NCBI GenBank assembly: GCA_020633295.1
Contig: JACKDW010000001.1
Coordinates: 1,277,828-1,341,827, forward strand
Source: Myxococcales bacterium
GTDB taxonomy: Bacteria; Myxococcota_A; Polyangia; Nannocystales; Nannocystaceae
Length of the DNA stretch: 64,000 nucleotides
Reading direction: 5' to 3'
The first letter of the stretch is position 1. Every line of letters begins with the position of its first letter. Below the pieces are notes generated by a model. It saw only the letters and a program-made list of their open reading frames with translations, did not search any database and was not told the origin of the DNA. This document shows, in pieces, positions 56,801 through 64,000 of the stretch. The position numbers and the translations under genes are program-made.

Positions 56801-57089
56801 CGCTCTTGCTCGCGCTCGGCTTGCGCGGCGGCGGCGAGGGCTTGTCCGGCTCGCTCGCCGGGGACAACGCGTCCGCGAGCGCCCCGTCTACGAGCGCCTC
56901 GACGTCGAGGTCGAGCGGGATCGTCGGGTTCCGCGGAAACAGCTCCTCGTCGACGTCCGTGGCCGGGATGTTCTTCGATCCTGTCTGATTCGACATCTTC
57001 GTCGACGTCGCCGGGGGCGGTTGGCGTCCGCTCCCCCCCGAAGCACTGCCGCCGGGACCGCTGCTAGTTTTGTCATCCTTCGTCGCCAC
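50871..57089 (-). CDS. Giant TPR-repeat protein (>2000 aa) with a disordered Pro/Ser/Ala-rich N-terminus
   Basis: Dozens of 34-aa TPR units (…AIAALERSISE…YERLLAL…). N-terminal (SAPP)n is encoded by 6 copies of the 12-bp repeat GACGGTGGCGCT (56272..56343). Start is either the GTG at 57089 (aggaa SD) or the ATG at 56996. Confidence 0.8.
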   Translation of the reverse strand: MATKDDKTSSGPGGSASGGSGRQPPPATSTKMSNQTGSKNIPATDVDEELFPRNPTIPLDLDVEALVDGALADALSPASEPDKPSPPPRKPSASKSEVAKSRVRAKSRSKSGSGRAAPKLSLGLPTRGSKKPSGPSAGALPVRKMPPGVKLGGLPTRKPSGPSKAAALGGLPVRGGASEAKGPAQASTSGSRLKLPIGGDEPSPAPAPSTDDAPPAMSVAPAPVMPVPPVTLPATPPAPPTAAPTAVLTAPPSAPPSAPPSAPPSAPPSAPPSAPPVTPTLAPPAPVPPAPTPKAPPPPPSSDDSDASASGRRRRPSLSISGSISGELSSEGSGARRPPPPSPSISVSASLASGSHPVVPRTREPSAPRPRSRPISTPSARKPPPSGPSVAARRSAPQPAPGPLPPPSLTAKSPPATDESARSTASTASDPYVRHAHALIAGYERELKLQPDLFRAARLHFECGRLYEHPIGDLARAVDAYMKGNGLAPDHLPTLRGARRTLLAQRQYAKALPLFDAEIRLQSDSRRKAALMFAKGRVLEDYLDDPKRARAAYADARDLEGGNPSTLKALEQFDQTTERWAGLDQTYTQLATAVETDARHRAALIVRRAHLLELRHDDVRGAVELYETALHLDPNVAGAFSALKRLHHEQGRWRDLINVLEREAEQLKDADLRAMSYYRVARIYSERLGTRDKAIAALERSISESQRYRLVHEELIALYEAAERYDDQVRAYERLLALIESPRERISTLYTLGELYRGRINDEDAAIAKYEAALALEPTFQPTLKILTTLYRKRKDWKALVEMNTREAAAVSDNVREAAALARVAELVEEHEGDKERAITLHTRALALYAGFETSFKALARLFSEGGKHRELIELLERGIDETNDADRKIAYLFRIGDIFEQHLGSPVQSGHTYRRILKLDPNHLGAMHALQRASEVAGRYKDLVEALELEARNTFEKPRIVALLHRAGAVLDDRLDDREGALAQFRKVLELNPKYEPALASCGKLYYKAGRWDDLLAIYERELALDAESPAAVSLLHSMGALCEEKLGRDSQAIGCYRRAIQIDPRHGPSLHALQRKLRQRGDWKELVDALETELEGLRDKPARALTAYRIGRVYEEHLSDLKLALDAYQKSLSNDLEYRPAVDGLARVRAKEKKWSGVVEDLMREAKATKEPLVASSALLRAGEVWSEHLGQDDRAIACYEAVLERDERHLAALLSLEQLYRRKGAWNALVDTYLREAVVVGDKAAQVAALREVARLYETKPLGDKKGLRRAHLEILKRVPDDPLALLAVEQMALAQRDDQMLAAVDQQLVGAPEDDSLRATYLVRLGETLERQQLPKEALAAFESALDRDNDSIGAMQGMVRAAAMCDDPRAMVVAKSRLAETERDGETAAKLLHETAQLRLNRLDDSEGAIQDLERALERWPDSAEVAEELHRILLTVGKAERLVERLSAAAESARAPERIARLWLAVAELYADELGNTSGGIAILRRTLRDRPGSASMRMLLANLLHRNEQWGDAAKTFEQVIEQSSDIDILCDANSTLSVIYADQLNQYDRAIQCLEAVLVLRKDDRTTLRMLTDVYTRKGDLQGAAERARQLLRASSTLEERIESIIHLAEIQMNAGRRGEALEVLLSAVQLEGPGGLAAREYKRRLEEGDSWEPYESALMKHLRSGSSGKPLAETYLELARVQYEKLQRPDRSLATLEMALNEMPKEPLVRLEYATMLRAASRHSEAIRAYQKLLQFEPTSTKGWRGLVQSFVETKRGGEAALSLAPLVVLGDASDADVRSLGKLAPAPASAKPGTLTASLLQSLVDRAPQAERAEELLRTMAPALGKLYPVDLQKFGVTAREKISARSGQPIRNLTDRIAAIFGVPDHDLFIYRGAGTLVSADYSYLPTILIPATVLKLSESQQVFTIARAMVSVARGLIGLYRFKPLDLKLILAAAARSGAPSFGDNLADGAELDVLQRRIFRAMPRKDRRLLEEASSTYAKSPAVDFVAWLKEHRVMTTRAAAILASDLPGCVAVMRQEDQSLMYLEGADIVNNSELIADLMRYWCSDPAIELRRRSGMLA

Positions 57090-57310
57090 GCGCGTAGTTC
57101 CTTGTCGAGGCCAGGCGAGTATGCCTGAATCTCTGACCGGGCGTGGGGGCGCGAGCGCGCGCGCGGGCGCCTCTGGCCCCGCTTCGCCGTGCATGTACAC
57201 GCACCGGGCGTCGCCGCCGGGGGCGCCCGCGCCCGTGTCGACGGCGCCCCCCGAACGCCGCTCGCAGGCCCCACGCGCGCGCGGGATCGCAACTCGCCCG
57301 CAACTTCGGT

Positions 57311-60244
57311 ATGTTTTCGCCCATGCGTCACGGACTGGACGATCGGGGAGCGACACGGGGTCACGACGCGCTCACGGACGAGCTCGGGCTCCCCGAAGTG
57401 GATGAGCCCGAACGCGCGGACGCGTCCGCGCCCGCGCGCTCGCGCCAGACGCTGATCGCCCAGCGCTACGTGCTGACGCGCGAGCTCGGGCGCGGCGCGC
57501 TCGGCCCCGTGTTCCAGGCCGAGGACACCCTGCGCCGCCGCGACGTCGCGCTCAAGCAGATCGACGAGGCGGCGCTCGGGCGAGATGACCTTATCGACAG
57601 GATCCAGAGCCGCCTGTGGCGCAACTCGCAGCTCGCCGCGCGCCCGCGTGCGCCGGTCGCCCCGGGGCTGCTCGACGTGATCGATTTCGGCCGCGACTGC
57701 GGCTCGGCGTTCGTGGTCATGGAGCTGATCACCGGTCACGACCTCGCGCGCGCGCTCCGAGCTCGCGGCCCGCAGCCCTGGCCGCTCGTCCGCGTGATCC
57801 TGCGCGAGATCGCGACGCGCCTCGAGGAGGCCCACGCCCGCGACGGCGCCGCGGTCGTCCTGCGGCTCTCGCACTGCTTCGTCGCGCCGCCGCGACGTGA
57901 GGGTCCGCCGCTGGTCGTGCTGGCGAGCGCGCTCGACGAAATCGCCTGTCTCGAAGCGCAGGCTCCTGGGCCGCGCGCGGCCAGCGACGCGCTGCGCTAC
58001 GCGTCGCCCGAGCTGATCATGGGCGAGCGCGTGGGCCCGCCCGGCGACCTCTACTCGCTCGGCGTGATCGCCCACGAGCTGCTCACGGGCCGCGCGCCGT
58101 TCGTCCACGACGACCCCGCGCGGCTGCGGGTCCTGCACTTGACCGCCGACCCGCCCCCGCTGCCGCGCGATCGCGTCCCGCCCGAGATCGCGATCGTGCT
58201 GCGACGACTGCTCGACAAGGACCCGGCGCGACGCTTCGCCAGCGTTCAGGAGCTGCGCGCGGCGATCACCGCTGCGGATCCCTCGCCGCTCGACGCGACG
58301 ATCTTCGCCACCTTCGCCCACGACCTCCAGACGACGACGGTCGCCACGCCGCCGGCCGTCGATCTCGCGCCCTCGCCCCGCTTCCACGACCTGCCGAGCT
58401 TCGTTCCGCGCGCGAGCGCGGCGATGCGCATCGACCGCCCGCCGAACTTCGATCACGGCGCGATCCTCCCCCCGCTCGTACGCGGCCTGGGGGACGAATC
58501 CAGCCCGTTCCTCTCCCTCTCGCCCGAGGATGACGACGCGCCCGCCGTCGACGAGGCGAGCGACGCCGACGCGAGCCCAGCAGCCGGCGCGCCCGAGCCC
58601 GTGTCTGCGCTCCCTGCAGTCGTGCCTACGGCACCTCCCGTCGCTCCGACCGTCGCTCCGACCGTCGCTCCTCCGACCGTCGATCCCCCCGCCGTCGCTC
58701 CTCCGATCGTCGCGGCTCCGATCGTCGCGGCTCCGATCGTCGCTGCGCCGACCGGCGATCCTCCGACCGTCGCGCCGGCGGACATCGCTCGCTCGACCGT
58801 CGATCCCGGGACGCTCGCGCCGCCTGACCCCGGCGCGCCTGAGCATCCTTTTATAGGGGAGCCGGTTACAGGGGAGCCGACCGACGCGTCGAGCTCAACC
58901 TCACCCACGACCCTCGCTGCGACGTCCTCCTCGGCGTCCTCCTCGGCGTCCTCCTCGGCGTCCTCCGCCTCCGCGCTGCGTCCATCGTCCGTCGGCTCGC
59001 GGTCCTCCCTTGATGGGCTCTGGCGCGCGCTCGCGGAGGAGCCCGCGCCGGACGGTCGCTTCGCGGAGATCGACGAGGACGACGATGAGGATCGGACGGA
59101 GGAGGACGACGACTACGACGAGGACGCCGACTACGACGAGAACGCCGACGACTACGACTACGACTACGACTACGACTACGAGCCCGAGCCGCGCGCGGCG
59201 ATCTCGAGCGCCGACGGCCTCGTCGTCTCCGGGGTCATCGAGGGCGAGTCCGCGCTCGAGCGCGCGTCCTTGAGCTCGACCGCGACCCACCTCCGCCAGC
59301 TCAGCGAGCACGAGGCCGCCGTGACGCTCGCGGATATGCGCCGCGCTACCCCGAGCGTCGTCGCGGCCTCCGCGATCGTCGAGCCGCGCGAGCTGCCCAC
59401 GCCGGACTTTGACGAGAACCTCTACCCCACGCGCGCGAACCCGAACGCGACGGCCGCGGCCGAGGTCCCGCCGAATCGCCGCGCGGTGTGGATCGCCGCA
59501 GCGGTGTTCGGGCTGCTCGTGGTCGGCGTGCTCGCGGTCCGCGGGACCGGCGGTGACGCGCCGCAGCGGACCGAGAGCGCCGCGGCTGCGACCCGGCCCC
59601 CCACCCCCCGCGAGACCCCGAACAAGCTCGCGCCCGCGGTCGCCAGGCCTGCAGGGCCGAGCTCGCCCGCGACTCCGCCTCCGTCACCGAGCGAGCCGGC
59701 GGAGGACGCGAGCGACAGCTCGACCGCGAGCGAGCAGGCCGACACCGCTCCCCCCGCGCCGCTCGACTCGGCGCTCGAGCCCGCGCCCGCCCCCGCTGTC
59801 GAGCCTGACGCCCCCGAGGAGCCCGCCGACGCGCCCGCCAAGGCCGCGCCGGCCGTTGACGACGAGCCGCGCGCGCGCGGTTCGAAACGCCGCAAGCGCG
59901 ACGCGGAGGCGCCGGTCGAGACGCCGCCCCCGCTCGACACCGCGCCGGCGACCCAGAAGCCGGCCCCCAAGGCCAAGACCTCGCCGAAGCTCGTCGCCAT
60001 GAACCAGCTGGCCGAGGCCCGGAAGGCCTCGGTCGACGGACGCGTTCGCGAGGCCTATCGCCTCGCGCGCGAGTCCTACCGGACGCACGCGACCACGGAG
60101 GCGCTGCTGCTGGTCGGCGTCACCGCGTGCAAGCTCGGGAAGGCGCCGGAGGCTCGCAAGGTCTACGCCAAGCTCTCCGCCGATCAGCAAAAGCCCCTCC
60201 GCACGCTCTGCGGGCGCGTCGGCGTCGAGCTCGAGTCGCCGTGA
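57311..60244 (+). CDS. Ser/Thr-kinase-like protein (probable pseudokinase) with a long low-complexity region, one TM helix and a C-terminal TPR-like module
   Basis: The kinase-fold N-terminus (YVLTRELGRGALGPVFQAED…ALKQI…VMELITGHDL…DLYSLGVIAHELLTG) lacks a canonical HRD catalytic loop. Repeats PIVAA, SSSA and DYDYDYDY. TM segment AVWIAAAVFGLLVVGVLAV. Confidence 0.65.
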   Translation: MFSPMRHGLDDRGATRGHDALTDELGLPEVDEPERADASAPARSRQTLIAQRYVLTRELGRGALGPVFQAEDTLRRRDVALKQIDEAALGRDDLIDRIQSRLWRNSQLAARPRAPVAPGLLDVIDFGRDCGSAFVVMELITGHDLARALRARGPQPWPLVRVILREIATRLEEAHARDGAAVVLRLSHCFVAPPRREGPPLVVLASALDEIACLEAQAPGPRAASDALRYASPELIMGERVGPPGDLYSLGVIAHELLTGRAPFVHDDPARLRVLHLTADPPPLPRDRVPPEIAIVLRRLLDKDPARRFASVQELRAAITAADPSPLDATIFATFAHDLQTTTVATPPAVDLAPSPRFHDLPSFVPRASAAMRIDRPPNFDHGAILPPLVRGLGDESSPFLSLSPEDDDAPAVDEASDADASPAAGAPEPVSALPAVVPTAPPVAPTVAPTVAPPTVDPPAVAPPIVAAPIVAAPIVAAPTGDPPTVAPADIARSTVDPGTLAPPDPGAPEHPFIGEPVTGEPTDASSSTSPTTLAATSSSASSSASSSASSASALRPSSVGSRSSLDGLWRALAEEPAPDGRFAEIDEDDDEDRTEEDDDYDEDADYDENADDYDYDYDYDYEPEPRAAISSADGLVVSGVIEGESALERASLSSTATHLRQLSEHEAAVTLADMRRATPSVVAASAIVEPRELPTPDFDENLYPTRANPNATAAAEVPPNRRAVWIAAAVFGLLVVGVLAVRGTGGDAPQRTESAAAATRPPTPRETPNKLAPAVARPAGPSSPATPPPSPSEPAEDASDSSTASEQADTAPPAPLDSALEPAPAPAVEPDAPEEPADAPAKAAPAVDDEPRARGSKRRKRDAEAPVETPPPLDTAPATQKPAPKAKTSPKLVAMNQLAEARKASVDGRVREAYRLARESYRTHATTEALLLVGVTACKLGKAPEARKVYAKLSADQQKPLRTLCGRVGVELESP

Positions 60245-60298
60245 GCTGCGTCCCGAGCTCGGCTCGCTCGGAGGCGACCTCGGGGGCGACGACGGCCG

Positions 60299-60688
60299 TT
60301 GCTCGGCCCAGGCGCCTCGCCTATGCTCGATTCGCTGGGGCTCCCCGACACGCCTATGGCTCGACGCGACAACGACAAGGACGATGAGGTCACCCTGCCC
60401 AAAGGCCTCGTGCTCGTCGCCGGCGGGCTGTTCGCCATCGGCGCGGGCTTCTTCGTCTTCAACTACGTGTTCGCGCTGCTCTTCATGCTGTTCAAGGCCA
60501 CCGTCGCGCTCGGGATGATCGCCGGCGGCGGGTACCTCGGCTACAAGCTGCTCACCCGCGATCGAGCGCTCGGCGAGGGCGAGAGCTCGCGCCGCAAGGC
60601 GCTGCCGCCCGCCGACGACTTCGAGCGGAAGATGCGGGAGCTCGAGGCCATGGAGAAGGCGCTCGACGCGGAGATCTCGGGGCGCTGA
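60299..60688 (+). CDS. Small membrane protein (2 TM), function unknown
   Basis: LVLVAGGLFAIGAGFFVFNYVFALLFMLFKATVALGMIAGGGYLGY. Start uncertain (ATG at 60323 or 60356). Confidence 0.5.
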   Translation: MLGPGASPMLDSLGLPDTPMARRDNDKDDEVTLPKGLVLVAGGLFAIGAGFFVFNYVFALLFMLFKATVALGMIAGGGYLGYKLLTRDRALGEGESSRRKALPPADDFERKMRELEAMEKALDAEISGR

Positions 60689-61239
60689 GCCAAGCCCGCG
60701 CCGGGTGCCCACGTCGCGGCGACGCGCGCTCGCTCGAGCGCGCGAACATTTACATGTCCGATTAAACATGTTCATCGTTCCGTGATCGCGCGCGCGCGAG
60801 CGAGCCGCGCGGGCCCGCGCCGCGACGACGCGCGACACGAGTCGAGCTGCGCGCGCTGCTGCGCAGTCACGGACCGCGCGCGCGCGCGGACGCGGACGCG
60901 GCCGAGGCCGCGCGCCCGCGACGGGTGATAGTGCGCCCGATTGCTTGCATGTCCCGTGGTTCACGTCGCGCCTCACCGCGCGCGCGCGACATCGTCTCGC
61001 GCGCGGACGACCCCGCGAGAAATCGCGCCCAGATGGCCAAATTCGAGACCCTCGCGCGAGCGCGTGCGTCGGACGAGAGCGCACATCGACGCGCGCGTGC
61101 ACGAATACATGTCCCTAAATTTATATCGTTATCGACCGGGCTCTGCGGTTGACACTGCCGCGATGACACTCGAAAAGTGGTTCCAGGTCTTGGGTAGAAG
61201 AGCTGGGGTTCGCGGGGACCCTGGTCAGCGAGGTGGCAA

Positions 61240-63575
61240 ATGAGCGAAGAAGATCGCGCGAACGAGCAGGGCGAGGCAGCGGCTGACAATAGCGACATGG
61301 GTCAGACGGCGGAGAACGACGCGGTGACCGCCAACGACGCCGAGAGCGAGGCGCCGGAGGGTGACCAGCAGAGCGAGGGCGAGGCCGGCGGCGAGGATGC
61401 CGGCGACGCCGAGGGCGACGCGAACAACGGCGACGAGGCGGACGAGGCCGGAGACGGGGGCGACGACGCGGACGCCGTCGAGTCCGGCGGCGACGGCGAG
61501 GCTGCCGGGGGCGACGACGCGGACGCGGCTCCCGAAGACGGCGAGGCCGCCGAAGCGGATGACGGCGCCGAGAACGGCGACGCGCCTGCGGACGAGGGCG
61601 GCGGCGACGAAGCGGCGGCCGATGATGGTGACGAGGCTGCGGCGGACGACGGCGGCGGTGAAGCGGCGCCGGACGGTGGTGACGACGCGGCGGCGGACGG
61701 CGGCGGTGACGAAGCTGCGGCGGACGGCGGCGGTGACGAAGCCGCTGCGGACAGCGGTGACGAAGCTGCGGACGGTGGTGATGACGCCGCTGCGGACGGC
61801 GGTGACGAAGCTGCGGCGGACGGCGGCGGTGATGACGAAGCCGCTGCGGACGGCGGTGACGAAGCGGCGGCGGACGGTGGTGGTGATGACGCCGCGGCGG
61901 ACGGCGGTGGTGATGAAGCCGCGGCGGACGGCGGTGACGAAGACCCCGGCGGACGGCGGTGGTGACGACGCCGCTGCGGATGGCGATGGCGACCCGGCGG
62001 ATGGCGGTGGTGATGACGCTGCTGACGCGGGTGATGAGGCCGCGGCGGATGGCGGTGGTGATGACGCTGCTGACGCGGGTGATGAGGCCGCGGCGGATGG
62101 CGGTGGTGATGACGCTGCTGACGCGGGTGATGAGGCCGCTGCGGACGCGGGCGATGACGCTGCGGATGGCGGGGCGATGACGCCGCTGCGGACGCGGGCG
62201 ATGACGCTGCGGATGGCGGTGGTGATGAGGCCGCTGCTGATGGCGACGGCGACGCTGCGGATGGCGGGGGCGATGACGCCGCGGCGGACGCGGGCGATGA
62301 CGCTGCGGATGGCGGTGGTGATGAGGCCGCTGCGGACGCGGGCGATGACGCCGCTGCGGATGGCGGCGACGACGAAGCCGCCCCCGATGACGGGGGCGAC
62401 GCTGCTGCGGAGCCAGGGGACGACGCTGCCTGCAGACGCGGGCGGCGACGACGAAGCCGCCCCGATGATGACGGGGGGACGACGCCGCCGCAGACGCGGG
62501 CGGCGACGACGAAGCCGCCCCCGATGACGGGGACGCTGCCGCAGATGACGGGGACGCTGCCGCAGACGCCGGGGGCGACGACGAAGCCGCCGCGGATGAC
62601 GGGGGCGACGACGTTGCCTGCAGACGCGGGCGGCGACGACGAAGCCGCCCCCGATGACGGGGGGACGACGCTGCCGCAGACGCGGGCGGCGACGACGAAG
62701 CCGCCGCAAATGACGGGGACGCCGCCGCAGACGCCGGGGGCGACGAAGCCGCCGCGGATGACGGGGGCGACGAAGCCGCCGCGGATGACGGGGGCGACGA
62801 CGACGCTGCCGTCGACGCCGGGGGCGACGACGAAGCCGCCGCGGATGACGGGGCGACGACGCTGCCGTCGACGCGGGTGGCGACGACGAAGCCGCCGCGG
62901 ATGACGGGGGCGACGACGCTGCCGTCGACGCGGGGGGCGACGACGAAGCCGCCGCAGACGCAGGGGGACGACGACGAAGCCGCCGCGGATGACAGGGGCG
63001 ACGACGCTGCCTGCAGACGCCGGGGGCGACGACGAAGCCGCCGCAGACGCCGGGGCGACGACGAAGACGACGAAGCCGCCGCAGACGCCAGGGGGCGACG
63101 ACGAAGCCGCCGCAGACGCCGGGGCGACGACAAAGCCGCCGCAGACGCCTGGGGCGACGACGCTGCCGCCGCGGATGACGGGGGGGGTGACGACGAGGTC
63201 GCCGCCGACGACGGCGGCGGGGACGACGAGGCCGCGTCGGACGACGCGGGTGACGACGCGGGCGAGGACGCGCCGGCGGACGAGGCGGCGGACGAGCCCG
63301 CGGCCGCGCCGGAGCCCGACGCGCCCGTGGAGGACTACGTGCCCTCGCATCCCGACGGGCCGGTCGAGATTCCGGCCAACTCAACGCGCGAGACGCTGCT
63401 CAACGCGTACCGCCACATCCTGAACATGATCGGCACCGCGTCGAGCGACGCGGCCGCGGCCGACCAGGTCGCCACGCTGGCGAAGGCCGCGAGTCGCCTC
63501 GTCGCGAGCTCGTTCGCGTACCGCCTCGTGTTCGGGACCGAGCCGCCAGGGGACAGCGACGACGCGGACGACTGA
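61240..63575 (+). pseudogene. Highly acidic (Asp/Glu/Ala/Gly) repeat protein with a conserved C-terminal globular end. The reading frame is broken several times inside the repeat array.
   Basis: SD GAGGTGG before the ATG at 61240. ~27-bp GDEAAADGG-type repeats from 61400 to 63250. At least 4 frame switches (ORFs 61240.., 62524.., 62877.., 62989..). Poly-G tracts (gacgggggggacgacg, ggggggggtgacg) at the break points. In-frame C-terminus …EDYVPSHPDGPVEIPANSTRETLLNAYRHILNMIG…. Confidence 0.6.
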
Positions 63576-63598
63576 TCGCGGCCCGCTCCCTGAGACCC

Positions 63599-63641
63599 CG
63601 AGGCGCCGCTCCGAGCACGGGGCGGCGCCTCGCGTCTTTCC
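63599..63641 (+). terminator. Possible intrinsic terminator after the acidic-protein gene
   Basis: 11-bp GC stem cgaggcgccgc / gcggcgcctcg with an 11-nt loop, followed by cgtctttcc (weak U-tract). Confidence 0.35.
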
Positions 63642-64000
63642 GGCGTACGCCGCGTCCCGAATGACATGTCTTATAAACCATGTGCGTTGAATCAAATCGA
63701 CGGACTTCGCTCGCGCGCGAAGGCCGGCGCGCCCCGACGCGCCGACGCGCCCCTACCCGCCCCGACGCCTTGAAGACGGCACGTAACGCGGGCGGCGCGC
63801 GAGCGCCGGCGCGTTCGCGGGCTGGCGCGCGCCGCCTCCCACGCGGGCGCTCGCGCCTCGTAGCCGCGCGTCGCGCGCGCGCGCGCACGCGGCCGCCGGC
63901 CGCCGAGCCTGGGACCGCCGCGCGTGTATGCGCGAGTACGCGGGCGTGGGCAGCTGTGTCCGCGGCGCGCCCGCTTTGACGCGCGAACGCGTCGCGCGTG

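Noticed and set aside
60940-60965. Sigma54 promoter (TTGCA at 60948) upstream of the acidic-protein gene
   Set aside because: There is no TGGCAC -24 element at the required spacing. The match is more likely part of the CATGTCC motif family.
61121-63384. Long minus-strand ORFs (670 and 719 aa) through the acidic repeat region
   Set aside because: They are antisense translations of the GAC/GAA/GCG repeats, giving R/S/P/A-rich products. The plus strand has the SD, the start codon and a conserved C-terminus.

Overview
This is a roughly 70% GC window that looks myxobacterial (Polyangia-like), judged from codon bias, the abundance of lipoproteins and Ser/Thr kinases with TPR repeats. It is densely coding, and I call about 47 genes. 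The housekeeping and metabolic genes I recognise are a partial metG, an Slt lytic transglycosylase, a FadN/FadA-type beta-oxidation pair, an APC permease, an enolase-superfamily epimerase, purT, dtd, a pirin, a DPD-like Fe-S flavoprotein, a HAD hydrolase, a GNAT and a Coq4-like protein. The accessory content is unusually rich: many secreted lipoproteins with low-complexity linkers, a bacterial dynamin-like GTPase, a TonB-dependent receptor, an ADP-ribosylglycohydrolase-PrsW protease operon, a PAS-PAS-STAS / mini-ExbB / membrane-anchored ECF sigma cluster, a Ser/Thr-kinase-AAA-TPR STAND protein, a pseudokinase, a 2000+ aa TPR protein and a very acidic repeat protein whose frame is broken.

The most interesting observation is a domain-1-less class I release-factor paralog (PrfH-like, minus strand 49873..50560). 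Its ORF is interrupted by an in-frame UAG, and the surrounding sequence (GGGAG-UGU-CUU-UAG-C) closely mimics the prfB programmed +1 frameshift site (AGGGGG-UAU-CUU-UGA-C). Its predicted stop-codon recognition tripeptide is PxT-like (PPT), i.e. RF1-like and UAG-reading.

Other signals worth a second look are two unrelated tandem mini-satellites (12 bp x13 and 10 bp x9) flanking one gene, a recurring family of AT-rich ACATGT(CC)-cored palindromic elements at gene ends, a candidate ~225-nt sRNA with a promoter and an intrinsic terminator in a 1.3-kb noncoding gap, and a near-perfect 20-bp inverted-repeat TetR operator.
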